From Eledone cirrhosa (lineage: Eukaryota), in the NCBI GenBank assembly GCA_964016885.1, contig OZ024741.1, positions 129,022,001 to 129,086,000 of the forward strand: a stretch of DNA of 64,000 nucleotides, read 5' to 3'. Below are positions 39,072-52,148 of the stretch, piece after piece. The translations under genes and the position numbers were made by a program. The notes below the pieces were generated by a model. The model did not search any database. It saw only the letters and a list, made by a program, of their open reading frames with translations, and was not told the DNA's origin. Positions within the stretch are counted from its first letter, which is position 1; each line of letters opens with the position of its first letter.

Positions 39072-39402
39072 GGAGGCACATGGCTTAGTGGTTAGAGCAT
39101 TGGCCTTGCAATCGAAAGGTGTGAGTTCAATTCTCAGATCGGGTGATGTGTTGTTTCCTTCAGCAAGACACATTATTTCACATTGCTCCAGTTTACTCAG
39201 CTGTAGAAAATGAGATGACAGGACTGCGGTCCATATCATTTCACTGTAAAGTGGTCGTGTAGGTGCCACGGCAAAAAAGCACCCAGCACTCACTGTAAAT
39301 GAGGTTGGTTGCATCCAGCTGTAGAAATCAAGCCAGAATCAGTTCCCGTCCCACCCTTGCAAGCAGGGAAAAAGCGGACGTAAAATGAAATGATGATAAT
39401 GA

Positions 39403-39405
<3 letters not shown>
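39072..39405 (+). mobile_element. tRNA-headed SINE with RTE tail (same family as 24395)
   Basis: High similarity to 24395-24730. Confidence 0.85.
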
Positions 39406-39470
<65 letters not shown>

Positions 39471-39555
39471 ATCCATATGTGGTTGACGACTGAGAGAAAG
39501 GAGTACTCAATATCAAAGTTTTAGTATTCATTTATTAAGGCTAAATAGTGAGTTT

Positions 39556-39600
39556 TGTTACTCTGGAGTTTCGCCTGTTTATTACAGGGTCATCAGACAA
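39556..39600 (-). ncRNA. Type I hammerhead ribozyme motif (second family)
   Basis: Minus strand: ttgt CTGATGA c-cctgt-aataa-acagg-c GAAA ctccagag TA acaa. Stems I, II and III all form, with one C.C mismatch at the stem II base. Confidence 0.65.
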
Positions 39601-39652
39601 GAACTCTGGGATATGAAACTCCAGAGTAACAAGATTCACTATTCAGCCTTAA

Positions 39653-39790
<138 letters not shown>

Positions 39791-40318
39791 TGTATTGACT
39801 AATCTATTCTAGCTGTGCTTACATGTAATATGAGACTATATATACACACCTTATATATTTACTGATATACTGTACAGTTAGCCAGTCAAACCCTCTGCTG
39901 GGTTTTGAAAGTATATTATCTCTATATGCACACACATTGTATGCATGTATGAGTGTATGCATCTGTGTGTATATATATAATTATTTGTACACGTATGTGA
40001 TTTACATTATTTATATAAATACACACTTTCACTCTCTAAATCAGATATTTTGTCTACATTTGATACTAAGTCACAAATTTATTGCGAAAGCAGAGTCAGT
40101 AGAGCGTATGACAAATGGTTTGTGATATTTTTTCTAGCTCTCTTCTCCTCTCTGTGCTTGAGTTCAAATCCAACTGTGGTCTTTCTTTACCTTTCATCTA
40201 AGACAAATAATATCATATGGACCAGAAGTGGACCCCTACAAAATTTGTATAGCTAGGAAACAGTCCTATATATATATATATTGATCACATGTTTTTCAGG
40301 ATCACTTTATATAATTTA

Positions 40319-41153
40319 CTAGCAGTGGTACCCGGCGTTGCACGGGATAAGGTATTTTGGAACGCGGGCCGCCAACGGACCTAATCGTGGAAAAACTGCA
40401 TGCCTGGACAATATGTAAAGAAAATAAACCGAATACTCTGATGGCTGGATAATCTTTAAGATTTTCCTCGATGAAAAGAGGATCGAGAAAATGAATTTTT
40501 TTTTATGTGCATAATATATGCCTTGAAATTTCTGGAAAATCGGCTAGACGTAACGCCTCAAAAAAGCCCTAAAAAGCTGAAAAAATGAAGTTTTCACCTA
40601 ATGCGGGCCTTAGGCCATAAAAAAGTTGGATTTTCTTTGCTTACGGTAAGAAGAGACTGACTAATACATAGTTACAATTTCAAGGAAATCGGTCTGACGT
40701 AACGCCTCAAAAATAACCTTAACCTGAAAAAACGCAGTTTTTCACCTAATGCCTAGGGGTTCAAAAAGTTAAATTTTTTATGTGCATAACACTCCCTGAA
40801 ACATAAGTCATACACATGTAAAGTTTGAAAAAGTCGGTTGGGTACTTCTCGAGTTTTAGGGATTCAAACTCACACACAGACATCCTCAGGGAAGTGACGT
40901 AATGCAGACATACAGACAGATATTATAAGGGCGCGACGTTATATGTATGTATCTATCTAAAAAGAGAAAAACTAAGAATTATAGAGAGAGATTGCTAAAT
41001 CGCCTAATTTGAAATTTTTTTTGGCTCAGAACAACTCCCTGAAACAAGTATTACATGTGTAAAGTTTGAAAACAGTCGGTTGGGTGGTTCTCGAGTTTTA
41101 GGGATTCAAACTCACCACACACACAGACAGACATCCTCAGTTTTATATATAGA
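40319..41153 (-). mobile_element. Non-autonomous Helitron
   Basis: 5' TCTATATATAAAAC at 41153. 3' hairpin cccgtgcaacgccggg then CTAG|T at 40319. Internal duplication at ~40817 and ~41058. Confidence 0.8.
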
Positions 41154-41643
41154 CTAGCAGAAAAACCGCCCACAGGTGGTTTTCTGCTAGTATTTATATA
41201 TATTACACACACAGAAATGTATATATATTTCTGTGTGTGTATATATATATATATAAATTACACACACAGAAATGTATATATATTTCTGTGTGTATATATA
41301 TATATTTCTGTGTGTGTATATATATATATATACATTTCTGTGTGTGTGTAATATATGTTTCTGTAGCATTCCTCAATTCCCCCCTCTCTCCCTCCTGCTA
41401 TCCCCCTCTTGTAGTCTGACTCTTTCTGTCACTCTCTCTCTACGCATGCACAAAAAACATTCGCACGCGCGCACGTATTTTAGCGTCTATTCACTCTCCC
41501 TCTCTCCCTCCCGCTATCCCCCTCTCGTAGTCTGTCTCTTTCACTCTCTCTCTACGCGTGCGCAAAAACATTCGCACGCGTGCACGTGTTTCCACTGTCG
41601 GACAGACAGACAGAGAAATTGCTGGTTATATATTATAAGGAGA
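41154..41643 (-). mobile_element. Second non-autonomous Helitron family, abutting the previous one
   Basis: 5' A|TCTCCTTATAATATATAAC at 41643. 3' palindrome ctagcagaaaaacc...ggttttctgctag, same as 22922. Confidence 0.7.
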
Positions 41644-41759
41644 TTAGTTGTACTTTTGGTTTGTTTTTTCTTTTTTCTTTTCTTCTTTTAGATGTGTTAG
41701 GTTAAGTCCCACCTCAGGGTCAGTTGATTGGCAGAGTTGTTAAAACACCAGACAACTAT

Positions 41760-42495
41760 ATACAGCAAAGCATGCTGTCCGATGCCCTGTCGATACTGCC
41801 AATTCAAATAATTGTTTCTCCGTTAGGCACAAGGCCAGCAATTACTTAGTGCATTACTGGTACTTTATTTTATCGACCCCGTAAGGATGAAAGGCAAAGT
41901 TAACCTCGCTGCCAATTCAAATAATTGTTTCTGTTTTAGGCACAAGACCAACAATTTTTGGGGAGGGGAAAGTCGATTAAATCGAAAAGCAAAGCTAACC
42001 TTGGTGGGATTTGAACTCATAATGTAAAGGGATATAACTATATGCAAAGCATGTTGTCCGGCACTCAACCGATACTGCCAATCCAAATAATAATAATGGT
42101 TTTTGATTTAGGCACAAGGTCAGCAATTTTGGTAGAGGGGGGAGGGGGTCGATTAAATCGATCCCAGTGTGTGACTGGTACTTTATTTCATCAGCCTCGT
42201 AAGGATACTTTTCTTCCGTACGAAGTCAATAATATAAAGTATCAGTAACACACGGGTCGATTTAATTGACTTTCCTCTTCCCATCAAATTTCTGGCCTTG
42301 TGCTAAATGTAGAAACAATAATTGTTTCTACTTTTGGTGCAAGGCCAGCAATTACTCAGTGCATTACTGGTACTTTATTTTATCAACCCTGTAAGGATGA
42401 AAGGCAAAGTACCATGACGGGATTTGAACTCGGACCGTAAAGGGAAGTAACTATGCTGGAAAGCATGGTATCTGACCCTCTACCGATACTGCCAA
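41760..42495. mobile_element. Cluster of ~5 Nin-core SINE fragments in both orientations
   Basis: Repeated ctggtactttattttatcgaccccgtaaggatgaaaggcaaag and ggcacaaggccagcaatt. Confidence 0.75.
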
Positions 42496-43188
42496 TAATG
42501 GTTTACACAGGCACCAGGTAACTAATTTTTTGAGAGGTTGGTGGGAGAATAGTTGATTATTATCCCTGAAAGTTTGAAAGGGTGAAGTCAACAAGATTTG
42601 AACTCGGAACATGGAGAGAAATAACTAATTACTGCAAGGTATTTTGTTCAACTCTAACGATTCTGGTCATCAACTGTCCGTGGTTCAGGATATTAAGAAT
42701 TAATGGAAGCAAGAGGCTGGATCAGGGAAACACTGTATAACAAAATTGCCCCATTGAATTGCAGGTACAGACTATCTGATGAACTTCCACACAGTTTCTG
42801 TCTACCCAATTCCACTCACAAGACATTGGCCAACTTGTGACTACAGCAAATGACACTTGCCCCAGATCTCATATAGTGGGGTTAAAATCTGTGACAGGAC
42901 TTTGTGATTGTAAAGTGAAGGCTTCTACACAGTTTCTGTTTACCCAATTTCACTCACAAGCCATGGGCGAACCTGAGGCCATTAGCAAATGACACTTGCT
43001 CCAGATGCCATATAGTGGTGTTGGAACCTGTGACAGGACTTTGTGATTGCAAATTGAACCCCTTAAGCATTGAGCCATATTTTGTCCATATAACATAATG
43101 TATGCCTGAAGAAACTCTACCCTCAAGAAAGGTTTCTCCTAACACACATACTGACATACACACAGACATAAACGCAGATACACACACT

Positions 43189-43277
<89 letters not shown>

Positions 43278-43594
43278 TGTGTAGATAATCCAGGTTTCTC
43301 CTAACACACACATGCACACACACACACACACACTAACACACACACATGCATACACACTAACACATACATACACACACTAACACACTGACACACACACACA
43401 GACACAGACACACACACACTCACATACACGCACACACGCATACACGCACACAGACACACACACACAGACACACACATGCTGACACACACGCACACACACA
43501 CACACATTGTACAGCTAATCCAGTTGGATCAAAGAACTGAAATATTCATCACCTGAAACAATATTCCTAAATGATGTTTTCTGTTGTATTTCAG

Positions 43595-43843
43595 CTGGCA
43601 GCTTTTCAGAAGAAGAAAATAAAGAAAAGGAAGAAAGAAGTGGTGAATAGCGAAGGAGGAGTTAGTAATGAAGCTGAAGAGTGTTCAAGACAAAGTCCAA
43701 ATGTGAGCCACAGTGAGGAGTGTGCTTCTGCATCTACTTCCACTACCTCCGTCCATATAGATGAAGATGTCTCTCCAACAGACTCTTCTGCAGTTCCATC
43801 TCCAGTCTTTGAGACATCATCGACAAATTTGGATCTCTCTCAG
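43595..43843 (+). CDS. Large coiled-coil protein (AKAP9/pericentrin-like), first visible coding exon
   Basis: tttcag|CTG acceptor, CAG|gtgagt donor, 249 nt, phase 0/0. Starts LAAFQKKK, resembling the LAQFRQRK after the first intron of AKAP9/PCNT. Confidence 0.8.
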
Positions 43844-44647
43844 GTGAGTGATTTGTTCTGTTCCATTGTAAAAAAAAAGGTATTAGTCTGTGTGAGTCAG
43901 TGAGAGAGAGAGGACCTCTTGAAGCTGATCATTAAAAAGTACCAAGATTGGAGGTACAATATATTGTAAAAAATCTACCAACTATAAACAAAATCTTTGA
44001 ATACATGGAGGTTACAAAAAGATTCAACAACAGAAACCTTTTAGTTGCTTTACAGCTTCCCATTTAAAAAATCATTTTCTATGTTCTTGTGGTGACTTCC
44101 CAGAAACTCTTTGGCACTATTTTCAATGTAAAAACCATTAGTCTGAGAGAGAGGACATCTTGAAACTGATCATAAAAAAAGTACCAAGATTGGAGATACA
44201 TTATATTGTAAAAGAGCTGCCAAGTATAAACAAAATACATGGAGGTTATAAAAAGATGCAACAACAGAACCTCCTCGCTGTTTATATTAAATCAAAAAAA
44301 ATTTTTTAATTTAAAAAAAAACCCAAACATTTTTCATTTTTATATTCACTTAACGCCATATATCTTGTCTTTTGTTTCTCAATTGTAAGGAGTACTAGAT
44401 ACTTCCACTAGTCTTTCATTGCTTACTAGCTCTATATGGACGTTTAAATTGATTAAATAATTAAATGATTTCTAATTAAGGCACAAGGCCAGCAAGTGTG
44501 TGTGTTTAACTATTACATTAAGTACCTCTTGTGCTTATTATCATTGGGACATCTCTAATTTCAAATGCTTCATAAGTCAACCAAATGTTTACCAAATATA
44601 ATTTTAATGATATGATTTAATCTTTTTAAAATATCTTGTTATTGCAG

Positions 44648-44692
44648 AGTGATACCACTGTTGCAAGTGAAACGAGTGAAACCTCATTACAG
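44648..44692 (+). CDS. Coiled-coil gene exon (SDTTVASETSETSLQ)
   Basis: ttgcag| and |gtgaga, 45 nt, phase 0/0. Confidence 0.7.
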
Positions 44693-44783
44693 GTGAGAGT
44701 TTGGAGATAATCAAGTTATTTAAACATATTTTCTGAGTTCTCAAAGCATATGGCTTAGTAGTTAGGGTGTTCATCTTGCAATA

Positions 44784-45191
44784 TACTACATATACTCATA
44801 TATAAGCCAAGAAATATGACAAAAAAAAAAATGGTGGTAAAATGGATGTGGGTCAATATTTTGCCAATTTTCACCAACTTCTGAATATTACGCTGGTTCC
44901 ACTTTCAATGTGAAATTTGTATTTCCTATTGTTTTTCTATCTTTTGAATGAATATGGCCATCAAAATGATTGGAAATTGGTAAAAAATCATTACATAATG
45001 GAATTGTAAAACAAAAACCATACTCTAAATGACTCTTAAAACATTTTAAATATCAAAATAATAAAACTTCCTGAGAATTTCAAAACCTGCTTCAGCGTAT
45101 AAACAGGGTTTGGATATTTTGCCTATTTCTCAGACATAAAATAGGGAGTTGGCTTATATCCGGATCAGCTTATATTTGAGTATATATGGTA
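44784..45191. mobile_element. pogo/Tigger-type MITE
   Basis: TIR-like tactacatatactcatatataagc / gcttatatttgagtatatatggta. Related sequence at ~24985-25080. Confidence 0.55.
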
Positions 45192-45811
45192 CTTTATTAA
45201 ACATTCTACAAAGTCACTCAGCTGGCCAAATAGAGTTGTTCTTGTAGTGGCCAGCCTTGTCACTCATTGTGTCATTCTGAATCTCCCTGAGAATGATGTT
45301 AAGGAGACATATGTCTGGAAATGCTCAGCCACATGCACATTTATTTCACAAGCAGGCTGTTTTGTTGTTTCATGAGCATGACCTTTCCATTTTTTCTTTC
45401 ACTGCAGCCTATGCAGAAAGGAATCTAAGTTCTTAGAAGGGCTAAAAAGTCATGTTCATGCCACCCATGTATAAGAAAAAGGTCAAAGGATGGCAATTTT
45501 TGAAACCGATCTGTAGCCATTATATTTCATCACCATCATCATTTAATGTTCATTTCCCCCTGCTAGCAAGAGTTAGATAAGTCGTCACAGACTGAGTCAG
45601 CACTCAAGTGGAGCTACTAATCTTTCAGATGGGCCAGGGGGCCTGCATTCTTGCATATATATGTCCACAGGCAGGCTAGGGGCCTGTAAGTTGCTTATAT
45701 ATGTTATTGCGCTCTACCAAGTGCATTTTATCATGGCACCAGCACTTGGGAAGCTCCACCTCCCCATTCTCTTTCTTCTCCTTCACCTTCTAGTTTTCAT
45801 ATCTTTTACAG

Positions 45812-46006
45812 GAACCTGAACGCCAAATGCTGTTTGAGACTGCTCAGCTGGAGTTACGAGAGGCCAGCAGTAAAATCTTTAAGCTAGAAGAATCCGTGGT
45901 TGGTAAACAGAAGGCAGTTGAGAGATTAGTAGCTGAAATAAATTCTGTGAGAGCAGAAAATGAAATGCTGAAACAATCTTTAGGGAATGGTACATCACAA
46001 GATCTG
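45812..46006 (+). CDS. Coiled-coil gene exon (EPERQMLFETAQLEL...SQDL)
   Basis: ttacag| and |gtaatg, 195 nt, phase 0/0, heptad pattern. Confidence 0.85.
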
Positions 46007-46149
46007 GTAATGAATAATTTATTTGATAAATATTTATTGCTGTAACTATGTCAGTTTCACCTCTGGGCAGAAAAAATACATATACATGTGTCAACGGCAT
46101 GACAACCTCTCTAGTGTGGGTGATCTCCACTGACCTGGTCATTAAGTGC

Positions 46150-46275
46150 AATCTATGTTGCAGATATTGCTTTTATAAAGATTGTTCTTAAATGAAGATA
46201 TAGCTCCCTGGTTCATAGGCTGCAGGACAGCATTCATATTTTTTGGCAAATACATAATCTTGACATCAGGGTCTA
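46150..46275 (-). pseudogene. pogo/Tigger DDE transposase fragment
   Basis: KIMYLPKNMNAVLQPMNQGAISSFK matches the DDE_1 motif FLPxNxTxxxQPMDQGxI. Confidence 0.65.
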
Positions 46276-46715
46276 GGTCAGTCATGGCGAACTGCGGCCC
46301 ATTTAGCTTTCTGAAAGGCGTATCTAATTTTAAAATTACCTTGAATATTTTAGTATTGCCGCTTGCTTTATTATGAGCCACATCCTATGTGGCCCTCTGC
46401 TTGAAAAAGTTTGCCCATATCTGGACTAGATTATCAAGATGCCCAGGTAAATTATCAAAGAGAAAGAAAATCTTAAATGGTATACCACTTTTCAATACTG
46501 TTTGACTGTTGGTATAAAATAATTTATGAATGAGACTTGAAAAAGAATTTGAGTCACTCTTGCCTTGTTTGCAATGTATTTTTTATAATGTTCTTAAATG
46601 CAAGTTGGTTCTTTGAACGATGGCTTTAGTTTAAACCCAGAGACATTCTCAGCCATTAACAAGGTTGCAATGGAACCCAGCATTGTTTTAGACTTTATAT
46701 CAATGTACTCTACAT

Positions 46716-47021
46716 CAGTGCTTTTCAAACTATCTGATGTGGCGGACCGGCATTTCTTTTTTCAATGTGCCAAGTACCGCTAATATTTCATAGTAAAATT
46801 TATACCGGAAACGATATATATAATGAATATAATAATAGTTGACCATTTTTTTATCTTCTATTTATTTTGTAAACAAATAATACAATATCAAAACATATAA
46901 AAAAGTAATAAAAAAATTCCTCAAATGATTCCTTAGCATGGCCTGGACACTGGCCGCGTACCGGTAGCTGATGGCTCGCGTACCGGCACCGGTCCGCGGA
47001 CCACCACTTTGAGTAGTACTG
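46716..47021. mobile_element. hAT (Charlie-like) MITE
   Basis: cagtgcttttcaaac ... tttgagtagtactg ends, with imperfect 8-bp TSD ctctacat / ctctagag. Confidence 0.7.
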
Positions 47022-48255
47022 CTCTAGAGTATCATCATTATCATTGCACCCACCACTACCATTATTATTATTACCCTCATCATCACCATTACCACCACCA
47101 CTGCTTTCTATATCAAGTGTTAATCTTCATTGTACTGTATTGTTTGTTGTGTTATTTTCCGTTTCTGTTTTGCATGTGTCCTTGAAAATGGTTTGCTAAT
47201 TGTTGTGGAACTAACTTTAAATACACACACATGCACATACATACATATGTGTATCCCAAGATTTAGAATAGATACACCATTTCACTGCTTGTCGTAAGAG
47301 GTGACTGAAAAGGTTGGCATGAAGCTGTAAAATATTGTCTCAAAACCTTTCATCCAACCTATGTCAACATGAAGTGGATATAAAAACAATGATGATGAAA
47401 CATACTCGTATTTTAAGAGAGAGAGAAAGCATTCTGTTGCAAGTACTTTGACCTAGCTACTGGTTTGAAAATACTTTCCTCCACTTCCACTTCACTTGTT
47501 GAGAAGGCCCTGAAAAATGGTCATGAGAATTTTCCTGAGTAAGCCAAAAAAAAAAAAAAAATGCAGTAGAATACAGGACAAAATTCCAGGTACCACTGAA
47601 ATACCAAGCTGGCATATACTGGGATCAATTTTAAAATTCATTAAAATTACTGAGTTGTAGCTGTATATAGTTAGTGAAAACTGATTTAAACTTTATCATT
47701 GTTTTTATGTCAACTTTTTCATTGCTGGCTTGAGTTGAACCAGATGGTTTGTGACAATGTTTTATAGTCGGATGCCTTTCCTGATGCCAACCCATTTAGT
47801 CACTTCTTACAGCATGCAGGGATACTGTGTGTCTATTGTAAAAACAAGGATACACACGGCATTGCAACACACAGAGACATGGAGGATCAATTCTAAAAAT
47901 CAGGGTGTATATAGCATTATGGCATTCAGAGATATGGTGTATCATCATCATCATTTAACATCTGCTTTCCCTGCTAGCAAGAGTTGGACAGGTCTACATA
48001 AGCCAAGTCAGTACTGAAGCAAGGCTACTGACCTCCCAGACAGGCTGAGGGGTCTGTATCCCACTTGCATACAGTCTTATCATGTGCAGAGGAGAAGTTG
48101 TCATATCTTTGGACACAAAGTGAAGGGTTCTCCTAAACCCTTGTATCTGTTCTAAAAATCAGGATACGCATGATATGTTTTTAGATTTTAAGTTTATGTA
48201 TTTTTTTTATTTGTTATGAGGTTTTGATATCTTATTTTGTTTTATCTTATTTCAG

Positions 48256-48315
48256 AATGCACCTGATCCTGCCACCAAGTATGAACCTGGTCACCAACGA
48301 GATTTAAACCTACGG
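48256..48315 (+). CDS. Coiled-coil gene exon (NAPDPATKYEPGHQRDLNLR)
   Basis: tttcag| and |gtaggt, 60 nt, open, phase 0/0. Confidence 0.65.
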
Positions 48316-48613
48316 GTAGGTTATAAGTTGCTGCTGCTGTTATTTGGTTTAAGACAGTTGTCTCTTCTCTGATTGTATCAGGCCTTTCTTATTCTTTATA
48401 AGCAGGACCAGATTTAGACTGGGGATGGGTGGATGGGGGTCAGCTCAGGTTTGGTGGGCACTCTAGCCTGTCTATTTTTCTCTCCCACCCTAGTACCTTA
48501 AAGATGCCCAATCTCCAATCTTTTCTCTGCCAGCTACATTCCACTCTTAAACGCTTTATCCAACCTCTCCCCCCCTATTTGTATCCCTTCAATCTTTCTA
48601 ATTTTTCATTCTT

Positions 48614-48649
48614 TCTTCTGATGAAAGACTAGCGTCCGAAACGTTAAGA
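48614..48649 (+). ncRNA. Minimal hammerhead motif (third family, lacking intramolecular helix III)
   Basis: tctt CTGATGA aa-gac-tagc-gtc-c GAAACGTT aaga. Degenerate copies at 50024-50059(+), 24045-24080(-), 39020-39035(+). Confidence 0.55.
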
Positions 48650-49276
48650 CCCTCTTCCTGCTATTTCAAGCATTAACCTAGTATATTCCTTACATATACT
48701 ATACCGATTGTGTTGTTATTTCTGTTTACCTTTTACGTATATACATACATACGTACGTACGTACGTATGTATGTGTCACAATTTAAAATATTTACTTACA
48801 AAATATAAATGATGTGTGTATAAAGATTGTCTTTGATTTCCTTCCATATTAAAGCATTACATACCTAAACTACTGTAGAATATTATTGTAGATGTTTTCT
48901 TTTCATCATCATCATCGTTTAATACTATCTTCCACACTAGCTTGGTTTAGATGGGAATTGTCCCACTTGTGGCAAGATTGGTCGGGTGACCGTGTCTCGC
49001 TCGTATAGGACTATCTGGCAGGTTTTCTACAGCTGGATGTCCTTCCTAACACCAACCACATTTACAGTGTGGACTGGGAGCTTTTTACCGTGTTACCTAC
49101 ATGGCCACATTACAGCGTGGACTGTGTGTTTTTTGTCGTGACACCTACACGACCTCATTAGTTTGGACTGGATGTTGTGGTACCAACATAACTTTACAGA
49201 GAAAGGGTGGTGTTGGTGGGAGTGGGAGTAGGGCTAGTGGGTTGGGGTGTATATTTGATTAAGAGGTGCCTACTGA

Positions 49277-49575
49277 CTAGGTTTCGCTTTGTACATAGGC
49301 AAGGCGGGTCTTCTGTTTTACTGCGTGGCGCCAAAGATCTCGGTCCAGTGACATTGTCTTAGAGAGGTGCAAGTGTGTAAGGTCGGAATTTATCAAATCG
49401 TCCCAGGTTTTTCTGGGTCTACCTACTCCGTAACTTTCATCAATTTTGATTGCCCTGCACTTTTTTATACAGCTGTCGTCTTTCATGCGCATCGCGTGGC
49501 CATACCAATGTAGTCTTCTCTCGAGTAAACAGCATCTGATCCCTCTTATTCCTAATTTCTCACTTAGTTCATTTT
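49277..49575 (-). mobile_element. RTE LINE 3' fragment
   Basis: WYGHAMRMKDDSCIKKC...GRPRKTW. Confidence 0.85.
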
Positions 49576-49634
49576 CTATTTTGGTTGATTATCTTTTATT
49601 TTATTTCATTCTACATCTGTTTTGTTATTTTCAG

Positions 49635-49808
49635 AATCAGGAACTTGAAAATGCTGTCCTAAAACGAGATGAACTTCTGCGCCAGCTGACATCACGCCTG
49701 CAGAAATCTTTGCAGGAGAACACAGAGCGAGGGTTGCAACAGGCATGCTCAGTTGAAACACAAAAATTGGCTCAACATGTGCAGTTATTACAACTGCAGT
49801 TGCAACAG
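49635..49808 (+). CDS. Coiled-coil gene exon (NQELENAVLKRDELL...LQQ)
   Basis: tttcag| and |gtgacc, 174 nt, phase 0/0. Confidence 0.85.
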
Positions 49809-51083
49809 GTGACCAAACAACTAACTTTTAAAACTTTTTTGTTACAAAACTGTTTATATTTATCTAAAAAGCTTCCACTGTAACTCTGTGTAAGGGCCAT
49901 TATTAAGTTCTAAACACTAACTTAATAACGGCTGATTGAATATACGTTTTTTTCTCAAAAAATTTCCATTCGTTCCTCTTCTCACTCTCTATCTTTCTAT
50001 TTCATCTTTTATTTCTCATTCTATCTTCTGATGAAGGATTAGCATCCAAAATATTAAGACTCTTTTCCTACTATATAAAGTGTTAAACTAATACATTTCT
50101 TCATTATACTGTGTTTGTTTTGTTGTTTTTGTTTACTTTTTGCATACATAATAATTCATTATCATTTTCAAAATTATTTGAATATCATAGTCAGTGACCT
50201 TCATTAGAAATATGGTTATGAAAGGGTTAATGTATTTTTAAAAAAAATTAATTATATTTCATCATTATCAAACATCCATTTTCCATTCTAGTAAGGATTG
50301 GATGGTTGTAATTAACAAAGTAATTACATATTTGGCGCTACTGATGAGCTGGAGAGGAGTGAGGTTGCACTTTGCTTACATATATTCCCAAACTCTACAG
50401 ATGCACTGAAGGTTTACATGTCTTTGACACAACTGTAGAGTCCTCTTGACCTTCTTATAGGAAAAAAATTATTGGGAATTGTTGGAACTGTTTGATTTGT
50501 TAGAAATGGTTATTGGTTTTGTGTTGGGTGAATAAACAATAAAGCGTGGAAAAGAGGCACAAATAGAAGTGGTCACTTTTCAAAATAAAACATCTGGTAG
50601 ATTGCAATAGTCAATAAAATGTGTGGCTTGGTACCAAATGGTTCATGGCCTGGTGATTGGAGACCACTGTGTCAGAGCATCAAACAGTACTTTGTAGTCT
50701 CTCTTCTGGTGATGTGTATTTTGAGTTCAAATCCTACTTTCTTCTCTTCCTCCTCCCTCCCCATCCTCCTCCTTCACATCTCTCCCCCACTTATCTCCCT
50801 TCCCTCCTCTCTTCCTCATCCTCCTCATTCCTTCCTCAACTTCCTCTTCTTTGTCCTCACTTTTTAATCTTCCCACTCTTCCTCTACAACTTTCCCTCAT
50901 TTTCATTATTTTCCTCCTCATCCTCATCTTCCTTCTCACCCTTCTTCATCTTCCTACTCGTCCTCACTTCCTCTTCTCCTCACTTCTTCTTTTATTGATT
51001 TTCATTAAAAAAAAAAAATTATCCTTCATTTTTTTTCTTTTTTTTTCTTTTCTTTTCTTTTCTCTCCCTCTTTCCCCATTCAG

Positions 51084-51422
51084 GCTGGTGAGAAGCTGAA
51101 TGGCCAGATGAAGCAACACTCTGTGTCGTCCCAAGCTTTACAAGATGCCAAATGTGAGATACTTAACCTACATCAGAAGATCCAACAGAAAGATGAGATG
51201 ATGTCTCAGTTAGCTCAAAAGTTGTCCCAAGTCAATAATGACTACGCTAGTCTGCAGTCCACGATGGCCTTATCAGATCAACAATCTGCAGACTATGAAC
51301 ACCTCCTCACTAAACTTGATGTCTTGCAAGAGCAGTCAAATACTCTATCTCTTCACCTTGGTGAAGAGAAGGCAAAGAACACCCAGCTGGAGCAACGACT
51401 AACACTTGTTCTTCAACCAAAT
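51084..51422 (+). CDS. Coiled-coil gene exon (AGEKLNGQMKQH...LQPN)
   Basis: Long pyrimidine tract, ttcag| and |gtaggt, 339 nt, phase 0/0. Confidence 0.88.
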
Positions 51423-51924
51423 GTAGGTATCCTTGTGTTTCCAATTTTCTTGGGTTTTGTTTAGTTTTAAATTGGCCAGGCAGTGAATTGGCAGAGTTAT
51501 TAGAATATTGGATAGAATGTTTTGCAGTATGTGTTCTGGTTCTCTGCTCTCGGGTTCTCTCCTACTGAGAGTCAACTTTGCCTTTCATCCTTTTGAAGTC
51601 AATAAAAAAATTGTCAGTCTCATACCGGGGTCGATTCTTCCTTTATATTTCTTGTTCACTTCCTCTCTATAACCTTCTCTGGAAAATATCGGCTGTGTTA
51701 AGACATGGACAGTAATTGGCTCCACCAGGTCTAAATTATCCAAAACGTGCTGGAGGTCACTACAGTGCCCCTATGCCTCCACTAAGAGTTATGTGTCTAT
51801 ATATACATACAGGTTATTAAAAATACCATTGTACATAAAATATGTACCAGTCCAGTACTAATGTTGATTCTTCCTCTATATCTTTGTGTCATTTTTTTTC
51901 TATTACTTACTCTCTCTCCAGAGG

Positions 51925-52125
51925 GTGGTTGATTGGCAGTATCGGTAGAGCGCTGGACAACATGCTTTGCTGCATAGTTACAGCCCTTTATGTTCTGAGT
52001 TCAAATAGCTTTGCCTTTTAGCATTACAGGGTCGATAAAATAAAGTACCAGTTACATACTGGGGTCGATTTAATTGACTTTCCCTTCTCCCAAAATTGTT
52101 GACCTTGTGTTTAAATCAGAACCAT
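51925..52125 (+). mobile_element. Nin-core SINE immediately upstream of an exon acceptor
   Basis: tggcagtatcggtagag...gtcgataaaataaagtaccag...(tta)n tail. Confidence 0.75.
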
Positions 52126-52148
52126 TATTATTATTATTATTATTCCAG

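Noticed and set aside
42700-42770. Missing first coding exon (ATGGAAGCAAGAGGC...cag|gtacag)
   Set aside because: Donor phase 2 is incompatible with the phase-0 exon at 43595, and the peptide does not resemble the expected N-terminus
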